Assembly (NCBI GenBank): GCA_027320085.1
Contig: DAHVLZ010000037.1
Location: 20,392 to 84,391, forward strand
Direction of reading: 5' to 3'
DNA length: 64,000 bases
Origin: Pseudomonadota bacterium
GTDB lineage: Bacteria > Pseudomonadota > Gammaproteobacteria > JAKAQQ01
The notes beneath the pieces were generated by a model that did no database searches, was not told the DNA's origin, and saw only the letters and a list, made by a program, of their open reading frames with translations. Positions 8,696 through 16,851 of this stretch are shown here, piece after piece (the stretch's first letter is position 1; each line of letters opens with the position of its first letter). Made by a program: the position numbers and the translations under genes.

Positions 8696-10435
8696 GTGAA
8701 AAATACCCTTGATGCCTGGTGCCGTGAGGCCTTTGCGTCACTGGGCTGGGAAGCCCCACCCGAATCCCTGATCGAGCGGCCCCGCGAGGCCAGCCACGGA
8801 GACTATGCCTGTCACGTCTCACTTCGGCTTGGCAAACGTTTCGGATGCACCCCTCTTGAGGTGGCCCAGACCCTGGCAGATCATCTCCCTGCCCATCCAG
8901 CAATCGGGCGTATCGAAGTCGTTCCTCCCGGCTTCATTAATTTTTACCTCGACCACTCAGAACTCATCCGGGGGTTGATCCGCGCGCTCGATGCTTCCCT
9001 GCCTTACGGCCACAGGGCTCCGGGGCGAGGCCGAATCTTGGTTGAGTTCGTATCCGCTAACCCCAACGGTCCCCTTCACATCGGCCATGGACGGGGTGCG
9101 GCTTACGGAGACTCCCTCTCTAACCTGCTTGAGGCGGTGGGGTACACGGTCGAGCGGGAATACTACGTGAATGATGCTGGACGCCAGATGTCGATCCTTG
9201 CTCTGAGTGTTTGGTTGCGCTACCTCGAGCACCGTGGCTGCCCATCACAAGCTTTCCCACATGCGGGTTACCGGGGTGATTACGTTCTGGAGTTGGCACG
9301 TGAGCTCGCGGCGGTTGCTGGTGATCGGTATGAAGAGCCCGAGACTTCCTTGCAGGAACTGCCTCCGGATGGAACTGAGCCCGAGAATGCGGCGGACCAG
9401 CACATCGATGCCCGTGTGGCTGCGATGAAGAAGATGCTCGGCCCGACACGTTATGCTGCGCTCTACGATTTTGCACTTGACCGCATGAGTGAGCGGATCC
9501 AAAAGGATCTGAGCGATTTCGGGGTGCGTCATGATCGATGGTTCTCCGAGCGTTCCCTCTATGATTCGGGTTGGGTGAAAGAGACGGTGGCAATCCTCAA
9601 TCGGAGCGGGGAAACGTACCGATCCGAAGGAGCACTCTGGTTTCGTGCCAGTGCCCATGGAGACGAGAAGGATCGCGTTCTCGTGAGGGCGAACGGGGAA
9701 TATACCTATTTCTCGCCTGATCTGGCCTACCACCGGGACAAGCTGACACGGGGGTACCACCGGATCATTGATGTGCTGGGTGCGGATCATCACGGTTATG
9801 CCCCGCGTATCCGGGCCGGAATTGAAGCCCTGGGCGAGGATCCCTCACGCCTCGAAGTCATCCTCATCCAATTTGCTGTCCTCATCCGGGGTGGACGGAA
9901 GGTTCAAATGTCAACCCGCTCCGGATCTTTCATTGCGCTTTCCGAACTCGTGACTGAGGTCGGGCGGGATGCGGCCCGCTTCTTTTACGTGCTGCGCTCG
10001 GAAGCCCAGCACCTCGATTTCGACCTTGATCTTGCCAAGCGGCAGTCCCAGGAAAACCCGGTGTACTACGTCCAGTATGCCCATGCCCGTGTGGCGAGTC
10101 TATGGCGGGAATGCGAGGAACGGGGGCTTGTCTACGATCCGGAAGACCGGCAGTCTTTCTCGAAGCTTGTCCATCCCCTGGAACGCGTACTTCTCGTGAA
10201 TCTTGCCCGGTATCCGGAGACGCTCGAGCAGGCTGTCCTGGCACGTGCTCCCCACCTTTTGGCCCAGTACTTGCGTGAGTTGGCGGCAGCCTTTCACGGG
10301 TATTACAACGGAGTTCCTCTCCTGGTCGACGATGCGTCGTTACGGAATGCCCGTCTCAGTCTATGCCGTGCCACTCGACTGGTGCTGGCGGATGGTCTGT
10401 CACTCTTGGGTGTGTCGGCGCCCGTGAGGATGTAG
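8696..10435 (+). CDS. argS: Arginine--tRNA ligase
   Basis: EFVSANPNGPLHIGHGR (HIGH), GADHHGY, MSTRSG, NPVYYVQYAHAR. Confidence 0.97.
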   Translation: MKNTLDAWCREAFASLGWEAPPESLIERPREASHGDYACHVSLRLGKRFGCTPLEVAQTLADHLPAHPAIGRIEVVPPGFINFYLDHSELIRGLIRALDASLPYGHRAPGRGRILVEFVSANPNGPLHIGHGRGAAYGDSLSNLLEAVGYTVEREYYVNDAGRQMSILALSVWLRYLEHRGCPSQAFPHAGYRGDYVLELARELAAVAGDRYEEPETSLQELPPDGTEPENAADQHIDARVAAMKKMLGPTRYAALYDFALDRMSERIQKDLSDFGVRHDRWFSERSLYDSGWVKETVAILNRSGETYRSEGALWFRASAHGDEKDRVLVRANGEYTYFSPDLAYHRDKLTRGYHRIIDVLGADHHGYAPRIRAGIEALGEDPSRLEVILIQFAVLIRGGRKVQMSTRSGSFIALSELVTEVGRDAARFFYVLRSEAQHLDFDLDLAKRQSQENPVYYVQYAHARVASLWRECEERGLVYDPEDRQSFSKLVHPLERVLLVNLARYPETLEQAVLARAPHLLAQYLRELAAAFHGYYNGVPLLVDDASLRNARLSLCRATRLVLADGLSLLGVSAPVRM

Positions 10436-10436
10436 A

Positions 10437-11063
10437 GTGGTGGCGCCACGCCGGAGGCCTGTGAACCGCCAGCAGCGGGTCCGGAGCAGTTTGCGGGAAC
10501 GCAAACCGCGAGGCTTTCGCCCCTGGGGCTGGGTGAGTCTGTTTCTGTTTCTGATCATTGTTGCACTCGTCGTTGTGCCCGTCATCCGGCGTTCGCTCAG
10601 GACTGCGGAACGACTGGAGCACCGGACGGCCATTCCCCGTGTGGTTCAAGCGCATCCCGAGCCCACACCGGCGACCGTAAAACGGGCCGAAAAGACCTTT
10701 TCCTTCTATACGCAGCTCAAAAGGCGTTTTGAGATCGTCCTGCCGGAAGAAGAACGCAGTGCACGCACAGATCATGGGCGCCATCCCATCGTCCATCCCG
10801 GGCGCTACCTGATCCAGGTTGGATCCTTTCGCCACTGGCAGAGAGCCAACCAGCTCAAGGCTAAGCTTGCCTTGTGGGGGATTGTGGCGCAGATCAACCC
10901 GGTCCGGATCAGCAACGGAGAACGCTGGGATCGCGTCCAGATCGGCCCCATTGATCGCCTGAATCGCCTCAATGCCCTGAGGAAACTTCTATCACGGCAC
11001 CGCGTGACGACGCTCCTCATCCGTCTCAATCTGCCGGCCCGGGGTCCGGGACCCGCTTACTGA
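10437..11063 (+). CDS. SPOR-domain cell division protein (FtsN-like)
   Basis: Single TM helix, FSFYTQL motif, C-terminal YLIQVGSF...RVQIGP SPOR domain; follows argS as is usual. Confidence 0.85.
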   Translation: MVAPRRRPVNRQQRVRSSLRERKPRGFRPWGWVSLFLFLIIVALVVVPVIRRSLRTAERLEHRTAIPRVVQAHPEPTPATVKRAEKTFSFYTQLKRRFEIVLPEEERSARTDHGRHPIVHPGRYLIQVGSFRHWQRANQLKAKLALWGIVAQINPVRISNGERWDRVQIGPIDRLNRLNALRKLLSRHRVTTLLIRLNLPARGPGPAY

Positions 11064-11235
11064 AGCTGAAACCCTCTGCGTTTCCTCCAACGGTTCAGGG
11101 ATTTGAAAGGATTTGATGTTTCGATCACGCTGATTACGGACCAGGAGGAGCAGCCGACGTCATGGGGCGTCACCTCGAAGTCTGTCAGGTCATACAGAGT
11201 CCTTTCCTGAATCTTCCTCTGGAAGGACCCGGGCA

Positions 11236-11256
11236 CCCCCCCCTGGCTTGGGGGGG
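11236..11256. other. GC hairpin (C8-TGGCTT-G7), possible terminator or insulator upstream of the riboswitch promoter
   Basis: Perfect 7-bp stem; no clear U-tract. Confidence 0.3.
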
Positions 11257-11293
11257 AATGTCCCTTGGATAAATCAAGAAAGCCTAATGGATC

Positions 11294-11322
11294 TTGACGA
11301 TGAGGGATCCGCATCCTAAAAT
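11294..11322 (+). promoter_or_regulatory. Sigma70 promoter of the Hyf/Ehr operon
   Basis: TTGACG (11294-11299), 17 bp, TAAAAT (11317-11322). Predicted TSS about 11329, just before the aptamer. Confidence 0.8.
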
Positions 11323-11330
11323 ATTCCTGA

Positions 11331-11378
11331 CGGTGATGGAGTTCGCCGAAAAAAACGCCATCGGGCTAATAACTCCTG
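11331..11378 (+). ncRNA. Fluoride riboswitch (crcB motif) aptamer
   Basis: CGGUGAUGGAGUUCGCCG-AAAAAAAC-GCCAUCGGGC-UAAUAACUCCUG. P1 CGGUG/CGCCG, conserved GAUG, pseudoknot GGAGUU (11338-43)/AACUCC (11371-76), P2 GCC/GGC, conserved UAAU and terminal U. Confidence 0.9.
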
Positions 11379-11413
11379 TGTGAATCCAAGCATTTGAGGG
11401 TACCCCTCGGAGC

Positions 11414-12370
11414 ATGCGCGGGATCATGACAGGCGACGCCGTTTTCCAGCAGGTTTGCCAGGTGTTGGCCGTGCTGTGCTTGGCGCCTCTCCTCCACGGA
11501 TTCATTGTGACCTGCCGCGAGAAAATCGCCCGTGGGAAAGGACCGCCGATCCTTCAACCCTACCGGGATCTTTACAAGCTGTTCCACAAGGAACAGCTTG
11601 TTCCGGAAACCGCCTCGTTTATCTTCTGGATTGCCCCAATCGTGGCATTCACGGCCGTACTCACGGTCCCTCTCCTAATTCCCGTACTCACCAACTATCC
11701 CCTGCCATTTTCGGATATGGGCGACATATTGGGGGGCGGGCTCATCCTGGCCTTGGCCGGCTTCTTCATCGGGCTCGCGGGCCTGGACAGTAGCCATCCG
11801 TACGGGGGGCTGGGCTCGAGCCGAGAAGCGATGCTTGGGATTCTCGCCGAACCCACGTTGATCGTGGTGTTCATCGGCATCACCCTGCTTGACCGGTCAA
11901 TGCTGCCCTTTGTCGTGAACCATCTGCTTGTGGCCGAGCCATCCGTCTACTGGAGTCCGGGCCACCTCCTCTTGGTTGCCGCCTTTTTCATCCTGTTGAC
12001 TGTTGAGACCGAGCACCTGCCCATTCATTCAGACACCCATCATGAGATCTACATGATCGGGGAGGCTCGTCTCCTCGAATATTCTGGTCCGCTCCTGGGG
12101 CTCCTCAAGTGGTCCTCTTGGATGAAGAGGGCCATCCTCTACACCATCTTCGTCAATGTCCTAACTCTGCCTTGGGGCCTTTCTGTTCGGGGATCGGTTC
12201 CGGGATTACTTGAGGCGACGGGAATTCTGCTCTCGAAGTGGGCACTCGTTGCCCTTTTGCTTGTGATGATCGATTCCCTCCAGTCCCGATTGCGCTTCTA
12301 CCGCTACCAGGAGCCTCTGGCCCTCTCGTTCCTTCTTGCGATTCTGGCTGTGATCGCCCACCAGCTTTAG
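11414..12370 (+). CDS. HyfC/HycD-like (NuoH-family) membrane subunit of an Ehr complex
   Basis: GPPILQPYRDLYKLFHKE, GGLGSSREAM, LEYSGPLLGL; alternative start at 11426. Confidence 0.9.
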   Translation: MRGIMTGDAVFQQVCQVLAVLCLAPLLHGFIVTCREKIARGKGPPILQPYRDLYKLFHKEQLVPETASFIFWIAPIVAFTAVLTVPLLIPVLTNYPLPFSDMGDILGGGLILALAGFFIGLAGLDSSHPYGGLGSSREAMLGILAEPTLIVVFIGITLLDRSMLPFVVNHLLVAEPSVYWSPGHLLLVAAFFILLTVETEHLPIHSDTHHEIYMIGEARLLEYSGPLLGLLKWSSWMKRAILYTIFVNVLTLPWGLSVRGSVPGLLEATGILLSKWALVALLLVMIDSLQSRLRFYRYQEPLALSFLLAILAVIAHQL

Positions 12371-12377
12371 GACGCCG

Positions 12378-13067
12378 GTGCCGACTCTCTCCCCCACCGG
12401 CTTGAACCAAGCGATCCTGGACCTCATCGCCATGTGTGTGCTTCTTCTCACCTTCGTGATGCTGGGTTCGCACTGGATCCGGAACCATATCCTTGCGTTC
12501 GCAGCCCAATCCTGGGTGTTGGCCTTGCTATCTGCCTTCATCGGTTTTTCCGGCCACTATCCGGCACTGCTGGTCATTGCGGGACTGACCTTGCTCTTCC
12601 GCGGGCTGATACTTCCCCATCTCCTGGTCCGTATCCTAGACCGGGCCCATCTCAACCGGGAGTTTGCCCCGGTGGTCCAGTCGGCCATGAGTGTCGTCAT
12701 GGGTGCATTGTGCGTTCTTCTGGCCTACGGGGCAGCTCTCCGTCTGGGCCAGGCTGTAACCGGGCAGAGCCCAGTCACGCCTGTCATGCGAATTGGGCTG
12801 ACCAGCCTCCTCGCGGTTGTTCTGATCGGGTTCCTGATGCTGGTCCTGCGACGGGAGGCGGTGAGCCACCTCTTAGGGCTCCTCGTGATCGAAAATGGCA
12901 TTTTCCTGGGGTCACTGATCCTCATGCCGGGACTCCCACTGCTCCTCGAGTTTGTGGTGTTGTTCGATCTCCTGCTTATCGTGGTCGCTCTCGGCATGTT
13001 CGTTCGATACCTCCGGGCTGAAATCGGTTCGACCGACAGCCGGGCGCTGGACCGGCTCGTGGGATGA
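12378..13067 (+). CDS. HyfE-like membrane subunit
   Basis: Hydrophobic, with LLGLLVIENGIFL and LLEFVVLFDLL motifs. Confidence 0.88.
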   Translation: MPTLSPTGLNQAILDLIAMCVLLLTFVMLGSHWIRNHILAFAAQSWVLALLSAFIGFSGHYPALLVIAGLTLLFRGLILPHLLVRILDRAHLNREFAPVVQSAMSVVMGALCVLLAYGAALRLGQAVTGQSPVTPVMRIGLTSLLAVVLIGFLMLVLRREAVSHLLGLLVIENGIFLGSLILMPGLPLLLEFVVLFDLLLIVVALGMFVRYLRAEIGSTDSRALDRLVG

Positions 13068-13071
13068 GCCC

Positions 13072-14529
13072 ATGATCTGGGCCTCACTCGGGATCCTGCT
13101 CACGGTCACGGCCCTGGCCTCGGCCCTTTGCTGGATCGTGCGCCAGCCCCGCATTGCCGAGATCGTCAACCTCGCCGCAGCCACGATCGATTGTCTTCTT
13201 GTGTGCTGGCTGTTGGTGGTGACGCCGTCAGGTGGTGTGCGGGGGGTAGGGAACTATCTCCGACTCGGTCCGTTGGGGCTGTGGGTGATGTTGTGCACTG
13301 CTATCGTCTATTTTCTGGCTTCGCTTCATGCAATCGGATACATGCGACGAATGCGCAAGGAGAAGGAGCGACTGAATCGCTTCTATGGGATGTTCGCGGT
13401 CTTTGCGCTGACTCTTTTCCTGGCGCCGGTCGAGAACAACCCAGGGCTCTTCTGGATCGCGATCGAGCTCACCACCATCGCAAGCGCTTTCCTGGTTGCA
13501 TTCCAGCGGGCACCTGAAACCATCGAAGCTGCCTGGAAGTATGTCGTCATCGCAACGGCCGGCCTGTCGCTGGCACTCCTTGGAACGATTCTCTTCTACT
13601 GGGCTGGCACCTTTACGTTGGGTCCCTCCTATAACATGACCTGGAGCCGCTTCGCTGCCATTGCCCCCTTGGCCAATCCCGGCTTGGTTTTTTTCGCCTT
13701 CCTGCTCGTGATGGTTGGCTTTGGGACCAAGGTCGGCCTCGTGCCCATGCATACCTGGCTCCCAGACGCGCACAGCGAGGCCCCCGCCCCGGTTTCGGCG
13801 ATGCTCTCGGGGGCGCTCTTGAACTGCGCGATGCTAGGCATTGTGCGTTTTCTCGAGATCCTGAAGAGTACGCCTGAACACGCACTGGCCCAAACCGCTC
13901 TCGTCATGATGGGCGCCTTGAGCCTTCTCGTCGCGGCCCTGTTCATTGTTCGCCAGCGGCTGATCAAGCGCCTGGCCGCCTATTCGAGCATTGAGCACAT
14001 GGGAATCATGGCCATGGGGTTCGGGTTCGGCGGGGCTCTGGGCGTGATGGGTGCGCTCTACCAGATGCTTAATCACTCAGTGACCAAATCGGCGGTTTTT
14101 TTCGGGGCCGGAAGCACGATGCGCGCATACCAGAGTAAGCAGATCGCGGGTATCCGGCGCGTGCTGGATGCCTTTCCGGTGGTAGGGTTGCTTTGGCTCG
14201 CGTCCGCCCTTGCGATTACGGGAGCTCCTCCCTTCGGCATGTTCTGGGGCGAGATCACACTGCTCCAGGGTGGCATGGCGAGTGGGAACCGCTGGGCCGT
14301 GGTTTGGACGGTCGTCATCCTGATCGTGGTTTTCATTGGCTTTTTGAGCCACTTCCGCAGGATGTATTTCGGCCGGCCACCGACCAGACCACCCGAGGCC
14401 GCCTTCCATTGGACTGAATTAGCTTCGCTCGCGCTGGCCGTGGCAGCCGCGCTGGGACTCGGCCTCTGGTGGCCCTCTTCCGTTTGGGCCTATCTCCGCG
14501 CGATCGCACACCATCTGGGATCCACCTGA
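13072..14529 (+). CDS. HyfF-like antiporter-like (NuoM/N, MrpD family) subunit
   Basis: WIAIELTT, EAAWKY, GFGTKVGLVPMHTWLPDAHSEAPAPVSAMLSG, AYSSIEHMG. Confidence 0.92.
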   Translation: MIWASLGILLTVTALASALCWIVRQPRIAEIVNLAAATIDCLLVCWLLVVTPSGGVRGVGNYLRLGPLGLWVMLCTAIVYFLASLHAIGYMRRMRKEKERLNRFYGMFAVFALTLFLAPVENNPGLFWIAIELTTIASAFLVAFQRAPETIEAAWKYVVIATAGLSLALLGTILFYWAGTFTLGPSYNMTWSRFAAIAPLANPGLVFFAFLLVMVGFGTKVGLVPMHTWLPDAHSEAPAPVSAMLSGALLNCAMLGIVRFLEILKSTPEHALAQTALVMMGALSLLVAALFIVRQRLIKRLAAYSSIEHMGIMAMGFGFGGALGVMGALYQMLNHSVTKSAVFFGAGSTMRAYQSKQIAGIRRVLDAFPVVGLLWLASALAITGAPPFGMFWGEITLLQGGMASGNRWAVVWTVVILIVVFIGFLSHFRRMYFGRPPTRPPEAAFHWTELASLALAVAAALGLGLWWPSSVWAYLRAIAHHLGST

Positions 14530-16037
14530 TGCGGCCCTGCACGAGCCGGGTCATCAGGGCTGAGGAACTCCCGAAGCTGCTCGACGAGTTTCTGCCAGCC
14601 GCCGCTTGTCCGGACCCGCATCGGCGGCTCCGCATGGCTTATGCTCGCAAGGCGGGTGAAACCGATCTTGAAGTCCTCTACTACCTGAGCCTAGGAAAAG
14701 GTCGCACCGATCTCTTCCTGCGCGTTTCCCCCGAGCGGAATGTTATGCCCAGCGTGGCGAACCGATTCCCCTCGCTATCATGGTACGAGCGCGAAATGCA
14801 TGACCTCTTCGGCATCGACTTTGCCGGACACCCCGAACTTCATCCGCTCGTCCTGCATGAGGGGGCCACCACATTGCGGCCGCCCCTGCTCGGGCAGGCC
14901 GGGGCTCCAATCCATTACCGGACATCACCACCCTCGGTCCCGACGATGCACGCAACCGAGATCCAACGCCTCCCGTTCGGTCCCGTTCGTGCGGATATCG
15001 TCGAGTCGGCCCAATTTCTTTTCTACTACATCGGTGAGGGGATTCTCCACTTTCACCAGCGGCTTTTCTACAAGCATCGCGGCATGGAAAAGCGTTTCGA
15101 AGGCGTCTCACCCATGGCCGGGATCATCCTGGCTGAACGGGTTTCCGGCACAGATTCAGTGGCGCATGCCTTGGCGTTCTGTCAGGCCTGCGAGATGGCC
15201 CTGGGTCTTTTGCCCCCCCCGCGGGCACTTGGCATCAGGACCATCCTCGCGGAACTTGAACGACTGGCAAACCACCTCCATTATTTTGCAGAACTGGCGC
15301 GGATGACGACTCTGCGCGTAGCAGCTGCACAAGGAGCATGGCTCGAGGAGCAAGTTCGGCAGATCAATGGGGCTCTGACCGGAAGCCGTTTTCTGCGTGG
15401 CTTCTTGGGCGTTGGTGGACTTCGGCGGGATCTCGAACCTTCTGGTCTGGCCAGCCGTCTGACCGACCTCGAGCCCGGGATTTCGGATTTTCTCGACAAA
15501 CTTGCGGACACTCGGAGTTATCTTGACCGCCTGATCGGTACTGGCCGGCTCTCAACCGATGTGGCCATGGACCAGGGGGCTACCGGTCCGGTCGAGCGAG
15601 CGAGTGGGCTCGACCGGGATCTCCGCCGAGATCGGCCATACGGTTCTTATGGAATGCTCGAGTTCAGGGTTCCCCAGGAGTCCGAAGGCGATGCCCTGGC
15701 CCGGGCCCAAGTTCGCCGCGCCGAAGTGACCGAGTCTCTCGCCCTGGTCCGTGAGTCCCTCGCGCGTCTCGAGTCGGGCCCGATCACCACGGATCAGCCG
15801 GATGAAGGACCGGATCCGGCGGGAGAGGGATTGGGGGCGGTCGAGGGTACCCGGGGCGGGCTTTACTACGCGGTCCACTTCGACCCAGACGGGAAATGCT
15901 TGCTGCGCGTCAAGATCAAGGAACCCTCATTTTCCAACTGGCGTGTTTTCCCATTCACTGTGAAGGATACCAATCTCATGGACTACGCCATCAACGAGGC
16001 CAGCTTCGGCCTCTCGATCGCTGGCGCTGACCGCTAG
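14529..16037 (+). CDS. Ehr large subunit (NuoC+NuoD/HyfG-like fusion lacking NiFe ligands)
   Basis: WYEREMHDLFGIDFAGHP and LFYKHRGMEK present. RxCxxC is replaced by ERVSGTDS, and the C-terminal DPCxxC by SFGLSIAGADR. Confidence 0.9.
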   Translation: MRPCTSRVIRAEELPKLLDEFLPAAACPDPHRRLRMAYARKAGETDLEVLYYLSLGKGRTDLFLRVSPERNVMPSVANRFPSLSWYEREMHDLFGIDFAGHPELHPLVLHEGATTLRPPLLGQAGAPIHYRTSPPSVPTMHATEIQRLPFGPVRADIVESAQFLFYYIGEGILHFHQRLFYKHRGMEKRFEGVSPMAGIILAERVSGTDSVAHALAFCQACEMALGLLPPPRALGIRTILAELERLANHLHYFAELARMTTLRVAAAQGAWLEEQVRQINGALTGSRFLRGFLGVGGLRRDLEPSGLASRLTDLEPGISDFLDKLADTRSYLDRLIGTGRLSTDVAMDQGATGPVERASGLDRDLRRDRPYGSYGMLEFRVPQESEGDALARAQVRRAEVTESLALVRESLARLESGPITTDQPDEGPDPAGEGLGAVEGTRGGLYYAVHFDPDGKCLLRVKIKEPSFSNWRVFPFTVKDTNLMDYAINEASFGLSIAGADR

Positions 16038-16047
16038 GGGGAATACG

Positions 16048-16851
16048 ATGGTCAACTGGGCATGGTTTGGATTGAGTCGGGGGGGGCTGACCACCGGCTG
16101 GCCGGAAGGGGCAGGAGGGCATGGCCAGGAGGGTGTCTTGGGTATGCCCCGGCTCCATCTTGAGCGCTGTGCACCCACATGTCGGGACTGTATTTCGGTC
16201 TGCCCGTCCGGTGCGATCACCGGAAGCTTGGAAGAACCGGTGACGCTCGACTATGGACGCTGCGTGGTCTGCCAGCGCTGTACCGAGGTATGCCCGACCG
16301 GAGCCCTCGAAAAAACCACTGATTGGGCCTTTGGCGTTCGTACGCGGGAGGCACTCCTCGCAGGAGGGGGGCGAACGGGTTCTGGAAATGCTGAGACCCT
16401 CCCCTCCAACCGTGTGCCTCGCGGATTCGGGAGGAGTCTTCACATCCGTCATGTCGATGCCGGATCTTGTAATGGCTGTGAATCTGAGCTCGAGGCACTC
16501 CTCAATCCCTTCTACAACCTCCACCGCTTGGGCATATTCTTTACCGCTTCTCCCCGCTCTGCTGATCTATTGCTTGTGACGGGCCCAGTCACGATGGCCA
16601 TGAAGGAGCCACTCCTTGAAACCTATCGGGCAATGCCCGAACCCCGGTTTGTCATGGCGACGGGGACCTGCGCAACTGGTGGCGGGATTGCCGGTGGTGG
16701 GTATAGCTGCCACCAGGGACTCGAGGGAATTCTTCCAGTCGACCTCTGGCTACCGGGTTGCCCCCCAAACCCCGCAGCCATCATGGACGCTCTCTTGGTG
16801 CTCTTGGGAAGGCGATCCGAACGATGTGCTCTGCCGGAGCGTGCCGGATGA
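16048..16851 (+). CDS. 2x[4Fe-4S] ferredoxin fused to a NuoB/HyfI-like small subunit
   Basis: CAPTCRDCISVCP and CVVCQRCTEVCP, then AGSCNGCE...GTCA...PGCPPNP. Confidence 0.92.
   Translation: MVNWAWFGLSRGGLTTGWPEGAGGHGQEGVLGMPRLHLERCAPTCRDCISVCPSGAITGSLEEPVTLDYGRCVVCQRCTEVCPTGALEKTTDWAFGVRTREALLAGGGRTGSGNAETLPSNRVPRGFGRSLHIRHVDAGSCNGCESELEALLNPFYNLHRLGIFFTASPRSADLLLVTGPVTMAMKEPLLETYRAMPEPRFVMATGTCATGGGIAGGGYSCHQGLEGILPVDLWLPGCPPNPAAIMDALLVLLGRRSERCALPERAG

Noticed and set aside
11264-11277. Possible FNR box CTTGGATAAATCAA upstream of the Ehr promoter
   Set aside because: Only the ATCAA half-site matches at correct spacing, and the promoter already has a near-consensus -35
11057-11587. Short minus-strand ORFs over the promoter and riboswitch
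   Set aside because: No recognisable motifs; the region is better explained by the promoter, aptamer and hyfC-like gene
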